Assembly (NCBI GenBank): GCA_964478055.1
Contig: CAYZHV010000001.1
Span: forward strand, 2,350-60,025
Direction: 5' to 3'
Origin: an uncultured Spirochaetaceae bacterium
GTDB lineage: Bacteria; Spirochaetota; Spirochaetia; DSM-27196; Alkalispirochaetaceae
Length of the DNA: 57,676 nucleotides
Shown: positions 1 through 6,959 of the stretch, piece after piece
Numbering within the stretch: the first letter of the stretch is position 1
Layout: every line of letters begins with the position of its first letter
Program-made: the position numbers and the translations under genes
Notes under the pieces: generated by a model
Seen by the model: only the letters and a program-made list of their open reading frames with translations
Database searches by the model: none
Told to the model about the DNA's origin: nothing

Positions 1-79
1 TGTAAGCCAAGGATCCAAGTTCCTCCTTGCCTTATCCGTACATCCAGAAGTATATAGCGCTTCAGATAAGAGGTCAAAA
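1..79. repeat. 79-bp direct repeat, copy 1 (partner at 810..888)
   Basis: Base-by-base comparison at offset 809 shows identity except pos 56 (a vs g at 865) and pos 69 (a vs g at 878). Identity stops at 80/889. On the minus strand it carries the same AAGGAGG plus TTG that opens the 466..819 ORF in copy 2, so an ORF may start at 10 and run out of the window. Confidence 0.9.
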
Positions 80-426
80 CGTAGCGCAGTCGCTTCGAGA
101 AACAGGCGTGGTGTGGGGGGAGGCGGAATAGGACGAATCCCGCTTCCAGCACCGAGATCCACGTATGTAGTGATGTAGTTGTCATACCAAAGGTCCAAAG
201 ATACCGGACGGTCGTATATCGGAGGATAGAGCCCTTTGATGAGCAAGTCATCAAGAGATTTCGGAAGCAAGTCTGCTTGACCAAGCTCCAGTATGGAAAA
301 CGGTAGATGAGCACGAATCGGCCGAGGACCGTACTCTCATCTGCAACCGCTTTCGGCGAGCCTTATAAGCGTCTCGGCGCTCTGACACTCAATCACCGTG
401 CCAATTGTAAGTATCACTTCAAATTT
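80..426 (-). pseudogene. Remnant of an AAA+ ATPase of the AAA_14/DUF4143 (COG1373-like) family
   Basis: My own minus-strand translation gives ...KFEVILTIGTVIECQSAETLIRLAESGCR*EYGPRPIRAHLPFSILELGQADLLPKSLDDLLIKGLYPPIYDRPVSLDLWYDNYITTYV. After a frame change near 158-162 it continues ISVLEAGFVLFRLPPHHACFSKRL. These match the remembered family pattern ESLAGR..L.PFS..EL...L.KGGYP.IYD....P..WY.NYI.TYVERDV ... YL.ILE..F.V..L.P...N..KRL. There is no Walker-A region, an in-frame TGA at 337..339, about 70 codons missing between the two blocks, and homology ends at the repeat boundary (79/80). Confidence 0.5.
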
Positions 427-465
427 GTCAGGCGACGATACGCACCACCCCATCGGCGGAGACAG

Positions 466-819
466 CTAACCGACTAAAACCAGCAGTATCCCCGCCAGCA
501 CCGCCATCTGCCCTACCCAGAAAGCGAACATCCAGCGAATCATACTTACTTGGATTTCACCCATCTCACCGCGTAGGCCGCTGCCCATCTCCGCCATTTC
601 TTCTCGAAGCGATGCTCCGAGGTCGACGATCTCCCTGTGCAGCCGCTGCTCGCATCCGCCGATCTCCTCAGTCAGGTGGCGCCGAAAACGCTGTTCCACG
701 AGATCGATTGTGTTTTGGCGGCTCTCTTCTTCCGACCTATTCAACATCTCAACGAGCTGGTCTGCGCCGGTTTCTCCGAGCTTTTCCCGGAGCTCTTTCG
801 GGACCGTAATGTAAGCCAA
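466..819 (-). CDS. Small coiled-coil protein with a C-terminal transmembrane anchor (DUF1640-like, function unknown)
   Basis: 117-aa ORF with a TTG start at 819 and AAGGAGG (831..837, minus) 11 nt upstream. It has a charged helical N-terminal part and one C-terminal TM helix (MIRWMFAFWVGQMAVLAGILLVLVG). The family name is from memory only. Confidence 0.6.
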   Translation of the reverse strand: MAYITVPKELREKLGETGADQLVEMLNRSEEESRQNTIDLVEQRFRRHLTEEIGGCEQRLHREIVDLGASLREEMAEMGSGLRGEMGEIQVSMIRWMFAFWVGQMAVLAGILLVLVG

Positions 820-888
820 GGATCCAAGTTCCTCCTTGCCTTATCCGTACATCCAGAAGTATATGGCGCTTCAGATAGGAGGTCAAAA
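810..888. repeat. 79-bp direct repeat, copy 2 (partner at 1..79)
   Basis: 77/79 identical to 1..79. It contains the RBS, the TTG start and the first 3 codons of the 466..819 ORF, plus about 69 nt of its 5-prime leader. Confidence 0.9.
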
Positions 889-919
889 ATCCGGGCCCGG
901 GAGCAACACCCCCGAGCCC
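884..919 (-). terminator. Rho-independent terminator of the exporter operon
   Basis: On the minus-strand RNA, GGGCUCGGGGG-UGUUG-CUCCCGGGCCC forms an 11-bp stem (2 G-U pairs) followed by GGAUUUUUG. It starts 8 nt after the stop at 927. On the plus strand the same positions give C-A mismatches, so the signal is strand-specific. Confidence 0.65.
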
Positions 920-926
920 ATTTACC

Positions 927-2552
927 TTAGTAACTATACTCCAGCCGCACCTCGGCGAAGTCGTTCTCGTCGTACTGACCGAAGTAGCCCTCGTCGCCGT
1001 GGAAGACGGCGACCTCGGTAAAGAGCTTGACGTCGTCAAGGAGGGTGAACTCGATGCTCGGATTGATGTACCAGTCCTCGTTCTCCACGCCGTAAGAGAC
1101 GGCAACTTCTGGTTTGATGGTCTCGTTGGCGTAGGAGTCCGTGAGGGCTGCGGAGACAACGTGACTGGTGTACTCCCCATCTTCGTCGTACTGAAAGTCG
1201 TAGTCCATTTGTTCTTCAACGTTCTCCTCGATCTCTTCGGTGCCAAGATAGTAGGTGCCGGTGCCCTGGATGTTGATGTTGAGATTGCTCAAGGGGAGAT
1301 CCCGGTCGAAGCCGGCGAGATACTGGAGGCTGTTGTTCGTAACCGTGGGGTCGTCACCGTCGACATCCTCGGTGAGGTAGTAAGCCGCCTCCGCCCGGGT
1401 GTTGAACCCTCCGATAACTGCCGCGTACTCGAGGCCGAAGACGTTTACCCGGTCATAGTCAAAGAGTATCCGGTCCCCCTGATGAAGATCGAGGCGCTCT
1501 GAGAGGGTATGCTCGGCCACGGTGTCCGGGACGGTGTCAGTGACATACTCGACGCTCGGCTGCTTGAGAAAGCCGTGGTAGTAGACCACACCGAGATCCA
1601 CGGAGCCGAAGGTGTCACGATATCGCGTGGCGTACTGCCCCCATTCGAGGGTGCTGGTCTCCGGCCGTACAACGGAACTCTCTAGGACTTCCGCCTCTCC
1701 GAGGGTTAGGCCCGGAGCAGTCGCCGCCGCGGCCACTCGGTCCTCCTCAATTAGAGCCCGTAATTCCTCGACCTCCGCCGGAGCCCACGCTCCTCCCTGA
1801 GGGATGAGATCTCCCTCGAAGGTCGGCAGATAGACCACCTCGAGGCGCCCCTGCACGCGCACCGGCACGTTAAGCTTGAACATCGGCCTGGAGAGCCGCC
1901 GCTCGGCGTAGTCCGGGTTTACGAAGTCCCTCAGATCGTTGGAGTTGAGCACGTCCATGACATGCACCTGATCGCCGGTCCCCCAAACTTCGCGCAGGTA
2001 TCCCGCCTGAACGTTGAAGCTGTCGTAGAAAAGGGTGAGGTACGCTTCATCAACAAGCTCCTCCGCGAACTCCCGGGCGTCCTCGGAGCCCTGAAGATAC
2101 TCCGGGCGGAACTCGAGATTGGTGACGATCTCGCTGTTGTTGTTGGTGTACTCCAAGTCCAGGTGAAACTCCGGCTCCGAGGAGACCGAGCTCTTCGCCG
2201 GGTTATCGTAATCTGCGGTGACCCGAGTATCGAAGCGCAGCATACCGCCCCAGTCGAGGCTCGGTCCGGAGGTACCGAAGCCTGAGCCGAAGCCGCCGGC
2301 CCCGGAGTCAGCGTCGCCGCCGGAGCCATTTTCGCCGCCGGCATCGTTCCCGCCGCTGGCGGCCCCATCATCACCGGAGGAGCTCTCTGCGAATCCAGAG
2401 CCGAAGTCCCCTCCGAAGCCTTCGCTGAACTCCCCGGAGTCGCCGTTGCTTCCCGGGCGGTCGTTCTGGTCCTCCTCTTGAGCATGGATTAGAGCCAGGG
2501 GCAGGAGCAGTAAGAGCAGAAATGATAGTAGTTGTGTAAGTCGTCGTGGCAT
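927..2552 (-). CDS. Predicted outer-membrane beta-barrel protein (DUF1302-like) with an acidic Gly/Ser/Phe-rich N-terminal linker
   Basis: 541-aa ORF with signal peptide MPRRLTQLLSFLLLLLLPLALIHA/QEE. A low-complexity D/E/G/S/F stretch covers residues about 25-97, followed by alternating beta-type sequence. The C-terminus ends ...EVRLEYSY (terminal aromatic residue). It is the last gene of the MMPL operon. Confidence 0.6.
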   Translation of the reverse strand: MPRRLTQLLSFLLLLLLPLALIHAQEEDQNDRPGSNGDSGEFSEGFGGDFGSGFAESSSGDDGAASGGNDAGGENGSGGDADSGAGGFGSGFGTSGPSLDWGGMLRFDTRVTADYDNPAKSSVSSEPEFHLDLEYTNNNSEIVTNLEFRPEYLQGSEDAREFAEELVDEAYLTLFYDSFNVQAGYLREVWGTGDQVHVMDVLNSNDLRDFVNPDYAERRLSRPMFKLNVPVRVQGRLEVVYLPTFEGDLIPQGGAWAPAEVEELRALIEEDRVAAAATAPGLTLGEAEVLESSVVRPETSTLEWGQYATRYRDTFGSVDLGVVYYHGFLKQPSVEYVTDTVPDTVAEHTLSERLDLHQGDRILFDYDRVNVFGLEYAAVIGGFNTRAEAAYYLTEDVDGDDPTVTNNSLQYLAGFDRDLPLSNLNINIQGTGTYYLGTEEIEENVEEQMDYDFQYDEDGEYTSHVVSAALTDSYANETIKPEVAVSYGVENEDWYINPSIEFTLLDDVKLFTEVAVFHGDEGYFGQYDENDFAEVRLEYSY

Positions 2553-2591
2553 GATTGTGCCTCCTTCTTGTCAGGTGGCTGGAGGAATCGA

Positions 2592-3359
2592 CTAGGGTCG
2601 TCCGGTTTCGAGGAAGTTCACGGTAAAGAGCCCCTCCGGCAGGTCCTCGTTATACCTGAAGTTTGTAACCTGGAGCTCCGTCTGGTGCTCTGTCTGGACG
2701 TTCTCCATACTGTTTTCGATGATGGTCCAGTAGCCCTGGACTCGCTCCATTCGGTGGACTTGGTTGACCTTGAGCAGATTGCCGTCCTGGTCGTAGAACT
2801 CGATCTTCACCGGGATCCAGCTGTTTCGGTCCACGTACTGGACCAGCTTGGAGTACTGCGAGTCGGTTTCCGGCTTTGGCTCTGTCTCAACGACGTAGGT
2901 GTTCCAGTCGCCAACCTGCTCTTCCCGGAGGAGCTCGTAGTTGTATTCTTCTATGTCCCGGCCCTCCAGATCGTTGTAGGTAAAGTCGGTCCCCATAAAG
3001 GCGTCGTCCCCCTCGCCTCCGGCGATCCGGCGAACCCGGTCGAGAGCGGGCAGGTAGATCCACTGATCATCGTCCCGACCCTCCCGCTCGATGGTGAGAA
3101 AGCGCGTGCCTTCCACCGATGCGGGGCGGTGAAAGATAATTACATTACGCATGAGGTCGTTCTCTTCCCGACCGTACTGCTCGATCACGCGATCTTTGGC
3201 GTCACCGTCGGCGTCAACCAAACGCATTTGAACCAGGGCGTGGGTGGTGTCGCCGCTGTCTCGGTTTTCGACGTTTTCGGCCACTTCCCGGCCGGTAATG
3301 GCCCAGGCGGAAGCGGCAGCTGCCAGTAACAAGATGCCCACTGTGAGTAAACGTTTCAT
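2592..3359 (-). CDS. Outer-membrane lipoprotein-sorting (LolA-like fold) protein
   Basis: 255-aa ORF with signal peptide ...AAASAWA. It carries the motif WIYLPALDRVRRIAGGEGDDAFMGTDFTYNDL, typical of the LolA_like family that accompanies MMPL/RND-like exporters. Confidence 0.75.
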   Translation of the reverse strand: MKRLLTVGILLLAAAASAWAITGREVAENVENRDSGDTTHALVQMRLVDADGDAKDRVIEQYGREENDLMRNVIIFHRPASVEGTRFLTIEREGRDDDQWIYLPALDRVRRIAGGEGDDAFMGTDFTYNDLEGRDIEEYNYELLREEQVGDWNTYVVETEPKPETDSQYSKLVQYVDRNSWIPVKIEFYDQDGNLLKVNQVHRMERVQGYWTIIENSMENVQTEHQTELQVTNFRYNEDLPEGLFTVNFLETGRP

Positions 3360-3363
3360 GGCT

Positions 3364-6183
3364 CTATGCCTCCTTGCGAATAGTCTTTCGGATAAATCTG
3401 GGGTTGAATATGTCCAGGAGCACCGGCAGCACGGTCATGGCGGCGATGCTCGAGGTAAACATGGTTATGGCGATGAGGAGCCCCATATACATGAGCGGGT
3501 TGAAGTTGGAAAGGAGAAGAACCGCGAACCCCGCGGCTACGGAGACGGCGTTGAAGATGATCGCCTTTCCGGTCGTCCGGAGCACTCTCTTTTCCACATC
3601 CTGCAGGTCCTCGGTTCGACGGCGCTCCCTGTGATACGCCGAGAGAAAGTGAATGGTGTAGTCGATGCCAATACCGATTGCCACCGAGGCAACCATGGCC
3701 GTACTAACATCGAGCTTGATTCCAGAGAACCCCATCACACCGAAATTGACCAGCACCGCCAAGCCGAGGGGGACGATCCCGTAGAGTCCCGCAATGAGAG
3801 AGCGGTAGGTAATGGAAAGGATGATGAAAACGAGGGTGAGTGAAACTATGATGCTGTAAATCTGGGCATTGGAAATGAGTCGGGTAATCGCCTTTTCCAC
3901 GATTGCCACGCCCGCGGAACGTACTGAATAGCCTTCGGGAAACTCTTGAGCCACATACTGGTCTATCTCCTCGACGACCTTCTCGGTAAAGATGTTTCCG
4001 GTGGTCCGCAGTTGGACCATCATTCGCGCCTTGGAGGGCTCCAGGGAGTCGTTGGACCACTCATCGAGACTGCCGGAATAGATAAGCAGATACTGGCTAA
4101 TGAGATTGGCAAGCTGCTGCCTACTCTCCGCAGGATAGTGCTCGGGATTGTAGGGAATCTCGTAGAACGCCGCGCCCTGGTAGTTCACCTCCCGGTTAAC
4201 GAGCTCAATGAGCTCCCCGGCGGTTAGATCGAGACGCTCGGCCCGTTCGTAGGCGCGATTGAGCATTTGGGAAAACTCGGTGTAACTGAAACCAGCAGCC
4301 CCGCTGGCACCGGCAGAGGAATCGTGTTGCGAGGAACCCCTATCCCCCTCGGAAGACCCTCCGCCGAAACTGGAGCCGAAGTCTCCACTTCCAAAGCCTT
4401 CGCTGAACTCCGAGCCCGCCTCACCTGAATCTCCACTATCCTCTCCGATTTGCCAGAAATCCGCGGCGGGAAGCGAGGATGTTTCTCCATCCTCGAAGAA
4501 ACTGGGCACGCTCTCACTCGAGTCGCCTGCATCGGAGGCCCCGGCGCCTTCCTCCCCGCCGCCGGCGCTGCCGCCACTGTCGGTCTCAGAGGCCGGCGTC
4601 ACCTGAGGGCCGTAGCTTTCACCGCTAACATAGTCCCAGGGTGGGGCCTCGCCCACGTGCATCACCTGATTCATCCGTTTGATGAAGTTGGTGTAGGAGA
4701 GCACCTTGGAGACCTCTTCGGGATACGTGGTTTCAAGATAGGTGGCAAGGTCGTCCATGGCTTTGAGAATCTCCGGATTCGTGAGATCCCCAGCCTCCTG
4801 GCCGGCCACTTCAATATTGAAGGTTCGGGTTCCGCCAAAGTTCTCTCTCAAGAATTGATCCGCCCCGCGAATCTCGGTTCCCCGCTTGAAATAAGCGATG
4901 AGCTCGTTATCAACGACGAGTTTTGAAGTGCCCCAGAGGGCAATGCCGGTTATCAGAACCGCCAGGACCATGATCCGGAGCTTGCGCCCGGCAAAGAAGT
5001 TGTAGATCCCAAGAAGAAAGGAGTCGTTAACAGGCTCGCTCTTTCTCTTGTTCTTGCTGCTCTCGAGAGCGCTTCCTCGGGCGAGAAGCAGCGATGGGAT
5101 AAGCGTAAGCGCCACCAGCAGCGCCACGGCAACGCCGAGGGCGGTAAAGATGCCGAAGCTCCGCATGGGCCCGACCTCGCTGGTGGTGAGAGCGCCGAAA
5201 CCGATCATGGTGGTGAGCCCGGCAAGGAAGACCGGCTTTCCCACGGTCCGAAGGGTATCGAAGATGATCTCCCGGTGCTCTTCATCCGATATCTCCCCTC
5301 GGCGCTCGTCCACCTCGTCGAAATAGTGATTGACGATATGGATGCCGTAGGCGCTGCCGACCGCAATCATCAACACCGGAATGACCGTGGCTACCAGGGA
5401 GAGGGAAATGCCGAGAAGCGCCATGGCGCCGATGGTCCAGGTGGAGCTTATGAGGACCGTGACTATCGGAAGAATCACACCGCCGGGTCGCCGAAAGAAG
5501 AGCCAAAGCGAAACAAGGACCACGACGATAACCAGAGGTATTAGCGTGGCCACGTCGTTGCGCATGTTTGTGCTCAAGAGCACCGCAATCGCCGGTTCTC
5601 CGGCGAGGTAGTAGTTAACCTCGGGCTGCTCATGCTTGGCGAGCACGTCCTTGATCTCGAAGTAGAGCCGCTCCCGGGCATCGGCATTGATATCAACGTC
5701 CACGCCGATAAGGATCTGAGTAGAGCGGAAATCCTCGGAGTAGAGGGACTCATCGTAGGTCTCCCAGGAAAGCAGCTTACCCTTTAGTCTTCGAAGCTCC
5801 CCGGGGGAGCCTTCGAACTCCTCCACGAGAGGCGAAACCTGCATGCCCGACTCGGTCCCCTCTATGTAGTCGGAGTTCGTCATAGAGGTGACATCCTGCA
5901 CGTTGTCCAGCGCCTCGAATTCAGTGGTCAGAGTCCGGACGAGCTCCACCGCCTCAGTCGTAAAGATCGAACCTCGGGGGAACTCAATTCCCACGGACAT
6001 CGGTACGGAGGTCCCAAAGGTCTCCTCCACCTCGTCCATGGCGACCTTGTCCGGGTGGTCCTCCGGAACGAAGGAGAGCACGTCGTTGTCGAGTTGCGCC
6101 TTCGGAAGCTGAAAAGCGAAGAAGACGGTGATAAGCGCTATGATTCCTATGATGAGCCACGGGTGGCGCAGCAGCTTCCTCAC
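3364..6183 (-). CDS. MMPL/RND-superfamily exporter (COG1033-type, two 6-TM bundles, two periplasmic domains)
   Basis: The long ORF in the track is 3364..6234. I prefer the GTG at 6183, which has AGGAGGAA 6 nt upstream and lies just after the TetR stop at 6194..6196; the ATG at 6234 would overlap tetR by 41 nt. There are two hydrophobic blocks (residues about 225-385 and 770-950). The second periplasmic domain contains a roughly 110-aa acidic Gly/Ser-rich insert. Confidence 0.85.
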   Translation of the reverse strand: MRKLLRHPWLIIGIIALITVFFAFQLPKAQLDNDVLSFVPEDHPDKVAMDEVEETFGTSVPMSVGIEFPRGSIFTTEAVELVRTLTTEFEALDNVQDVTSMTNSDYIEGTESGMQVSPLVEEFEGSPGELRRLKGKLLSWETYDESLYSEDFRSTQILIGVDVDINADARERLYFEIKDVLAKHEQPEVNYYLAGEPAIAVLLSTNMRNDVATLIPLVIVVVLVSLWLFFRRPGGVILPIVTVLISSTWTIGAMALLGISLSLVATVIPVLMIAVGSAYGIHIVNHYFDEVDERRGEISDEEHREIIFDTLRTVGKPVFLAGLTTMIGFGALTTSEVGPMRSFGIFTALGVAVALLVALTLIPSLLLARGSALESSKNKRKSEPVNDSFLLGIYNFFAGRKLRIMVLAVLITGIALWGTSKLVVDNELIAYFKRGTEIRGADQFLRENFGGTRTFNIEVAGQEAGDLTNPEILKAMDDLATYLETTYPEEVSKVLSYTNFIKRMNQVMHVGEAPPWDYVSGESYGPQVTPASETDSGGSAGGGEEGAGASDAGDSSESVPSFFEDGETSSLPAADFWQIGEDSGDSGEAGSEFSEGFGSGDFGSSFGGGSSEGDRGSSQHDSSAGASGAAGFSYTEFSQMLNRAYERAERLDLTAGELIELVNREVNYQGAAFYEIPYNPEHYPAESRQQLANLISQYLLIYSGSLDEWSNDSLEPSKARMMVQLRTTGNIFTEKVVEEIDQYVAQEFPEGYSVRSAGVAIVEKAITRLISNAQIYSIIVSLTLVFIILSITYRSLIAGLYGIVPLGLAVLVNFGVMGFSGIKLDVSTAMVASVAIGIGIDYTIHFLSAYHRERRRTEDLQDVEKRVLRTTGKAIIFNAVSVAAGFAVLLLSNFNPLMYMGLLIAITMFTSSIAAMTVLPVLLDIFNPRFIRKTIRKEA

Positions 6184-6193
6184 GTTCTTCCTC

Positions 6194-6826
6194 CTATTTG
6201 AGTGAGTGCACGAGAATACGGAAGAGCTCTTCAATTAGCTCGTCCTTGGAAAAGGTGGTCGTCCGTTTTATGAAAAGGGAGCGTGTGATCATCTGATGCA
6301 TAAAGCCGTCGGCGGCGATCATGTAGGTAATGGCCGAGAGTTCCGGCTCGATGTCACTCCTGAGGGTGCCGTCATCCAGTCCTCGCCGGACCGCCTCGAT
6401 CACAACGCCCTTGATCTGTTGGAGCCGCTCGTAGAACTCGCCCCCCTCCTCTTCCCGGGTCAGGGTGTCGTAGAGAAGCCCTTCGAAGATCTGCATGAAG
6501 TAGAACTGCCGATAGTGATCCTTGTAGAAGGAGCCATACGCCCGGGCCATGGCGTGAACTTTGTCTATGCCGCGCTCCGCCCCGCTTGCGGCCTCGTGCA
6601 AGAGGGAGATGAGGACGTCAAGACTTCTAATGAGAATCGCGTAAGCGAGTTCCTCCTTGCTCTTGAAGTAGAGATAGAGGGTCCCCTTACTCAGCTCCAC
6701 GGCTTCCGCGATCTCAACCATCTTGGTTCGTTCAAACCCGCGAGTAAAAAAGAGCTCCTCCGCCCCCTCGATGATCTCCTGTCGACGCTGGAGTTTCTCT
6801 CGCTCCCTCCGTTCGGCGACGCCCAT
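6194..6826 (-). CDS. TetR/AcrR-family transcriptional regulator
   Basis: 210-aa ORF with N-terminal HTH FTRGFERTKMVEIAEAVELSKGTLYLYFKSKEEL. It is the first gene of the exporter operon. Confidence 0.9.
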   Translation of the reverse strand: MGVAERREREKLQRRQEIIEGAEELFFTRGFERTKMVEIAEAVELSKGTLYLYFKSKEELAYAILIRSLDVLISLLHEAASGAERGIDKVHAMARAYGSFYKDHYRQFYFMQIFEGLLYDTLTREEEGGEFYERLQQIKGVVIEAVRRGLDDGTLRSDIEPELSAITYMIAADGFMHQMITRSLFIKRTTTFSKDELIEELFRILVHSLK

Positions 6827-6865
6827 ACTGATTCTCCTCCTGAATATGACCCATTGTCTATAAAC

Positions 6866-6878
6866 TGACCGCAGGTCA
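6866..6878. promoter_or_regulatory. Candidate TetR operator (palindrome TGACC-GCA-GGTCA)
   Basis: Perfect 5+3+5 palindrome located 40 nt upstream of the tetR start codon in the tetR/methyltransferase divergent intergenic region. Confidence 0.3.
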
Positions 6879-6910
6879 CTTGTTGAAAATAAGCTCTAGC
6901 GGCGGGCGTC

Positions 6911-6951
6911 GTCAACGTTCTGTTGACAGCTCGATCGTACCGGCCTAAGCT
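6911..6951 (+). promoter_or_regulatory. Inverted repeat GTCAAC-n5-GTTGAC overlapping a sigma70-like promoter (TTGACA-17-TAAGCT) for the methyltransferase gene
   Basis: TTGACA lies at 6923..6928, followed by a 17-nt spacer and TAAGCT at 6946..6951. The ATG at 6960 is only 8 nt after the -10 element, so the mRNA would be leaderless or nearly so; no SD is visible. Confidence 0.3.
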
Positions 6952-6959
6952 CCCTGCTG

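Noticed and set aside
1-888. The 79-bp repeat pair as template/variable repeats of a diversity-generating retroelement. Both mismatches are A in copy 1 versus G in copy 2.
   Set aside because: There are only two differences, both ordinary transitions. The window has no reverse transcriptase gene, and the repeat lies in a leader/start region rather than the 3-prime end of a target gene.
1-888. The repeat pair as integron attC sites flanking a gene cassette (small promoterless ORF, roughly 800-bp period).
   Set aside because: I could not find the RYYYAAC/GTTRRRY core sites or the extended imperfect palindrome expected of attC. No intI gene is present. The repeat contains the RBS and start codon of the ORF.
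749-1246. 165-aa minus-strand ORF spanning the repeat and the end of the barrel gene.
   Set aside because: It overlaps the 541-aa gene in another frame and runs through the terminator hairpin. Its composition is low-complexity and Arg/Ser/Thr/Pro-rich, typical of an off-frame reading of GC-rich coding DNA.
6184-6234. Upstream ATG starts that create same-strand overlaps: MMPL at 6234, serine hydrolase at 27132, ABC-2 permease at 34901, oxidoreductase at 40509, TctB at 42568, DctP at 53569, ROK at 45963.
   Set aside because: In each case, except the serine hydrolase where no SD was found, a downstream start has a clear SD or the typical family N-terminus, and every downstream start removes the overlap. 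The upstream extensions have no homology-like sequence. The exact starts remain predictions.
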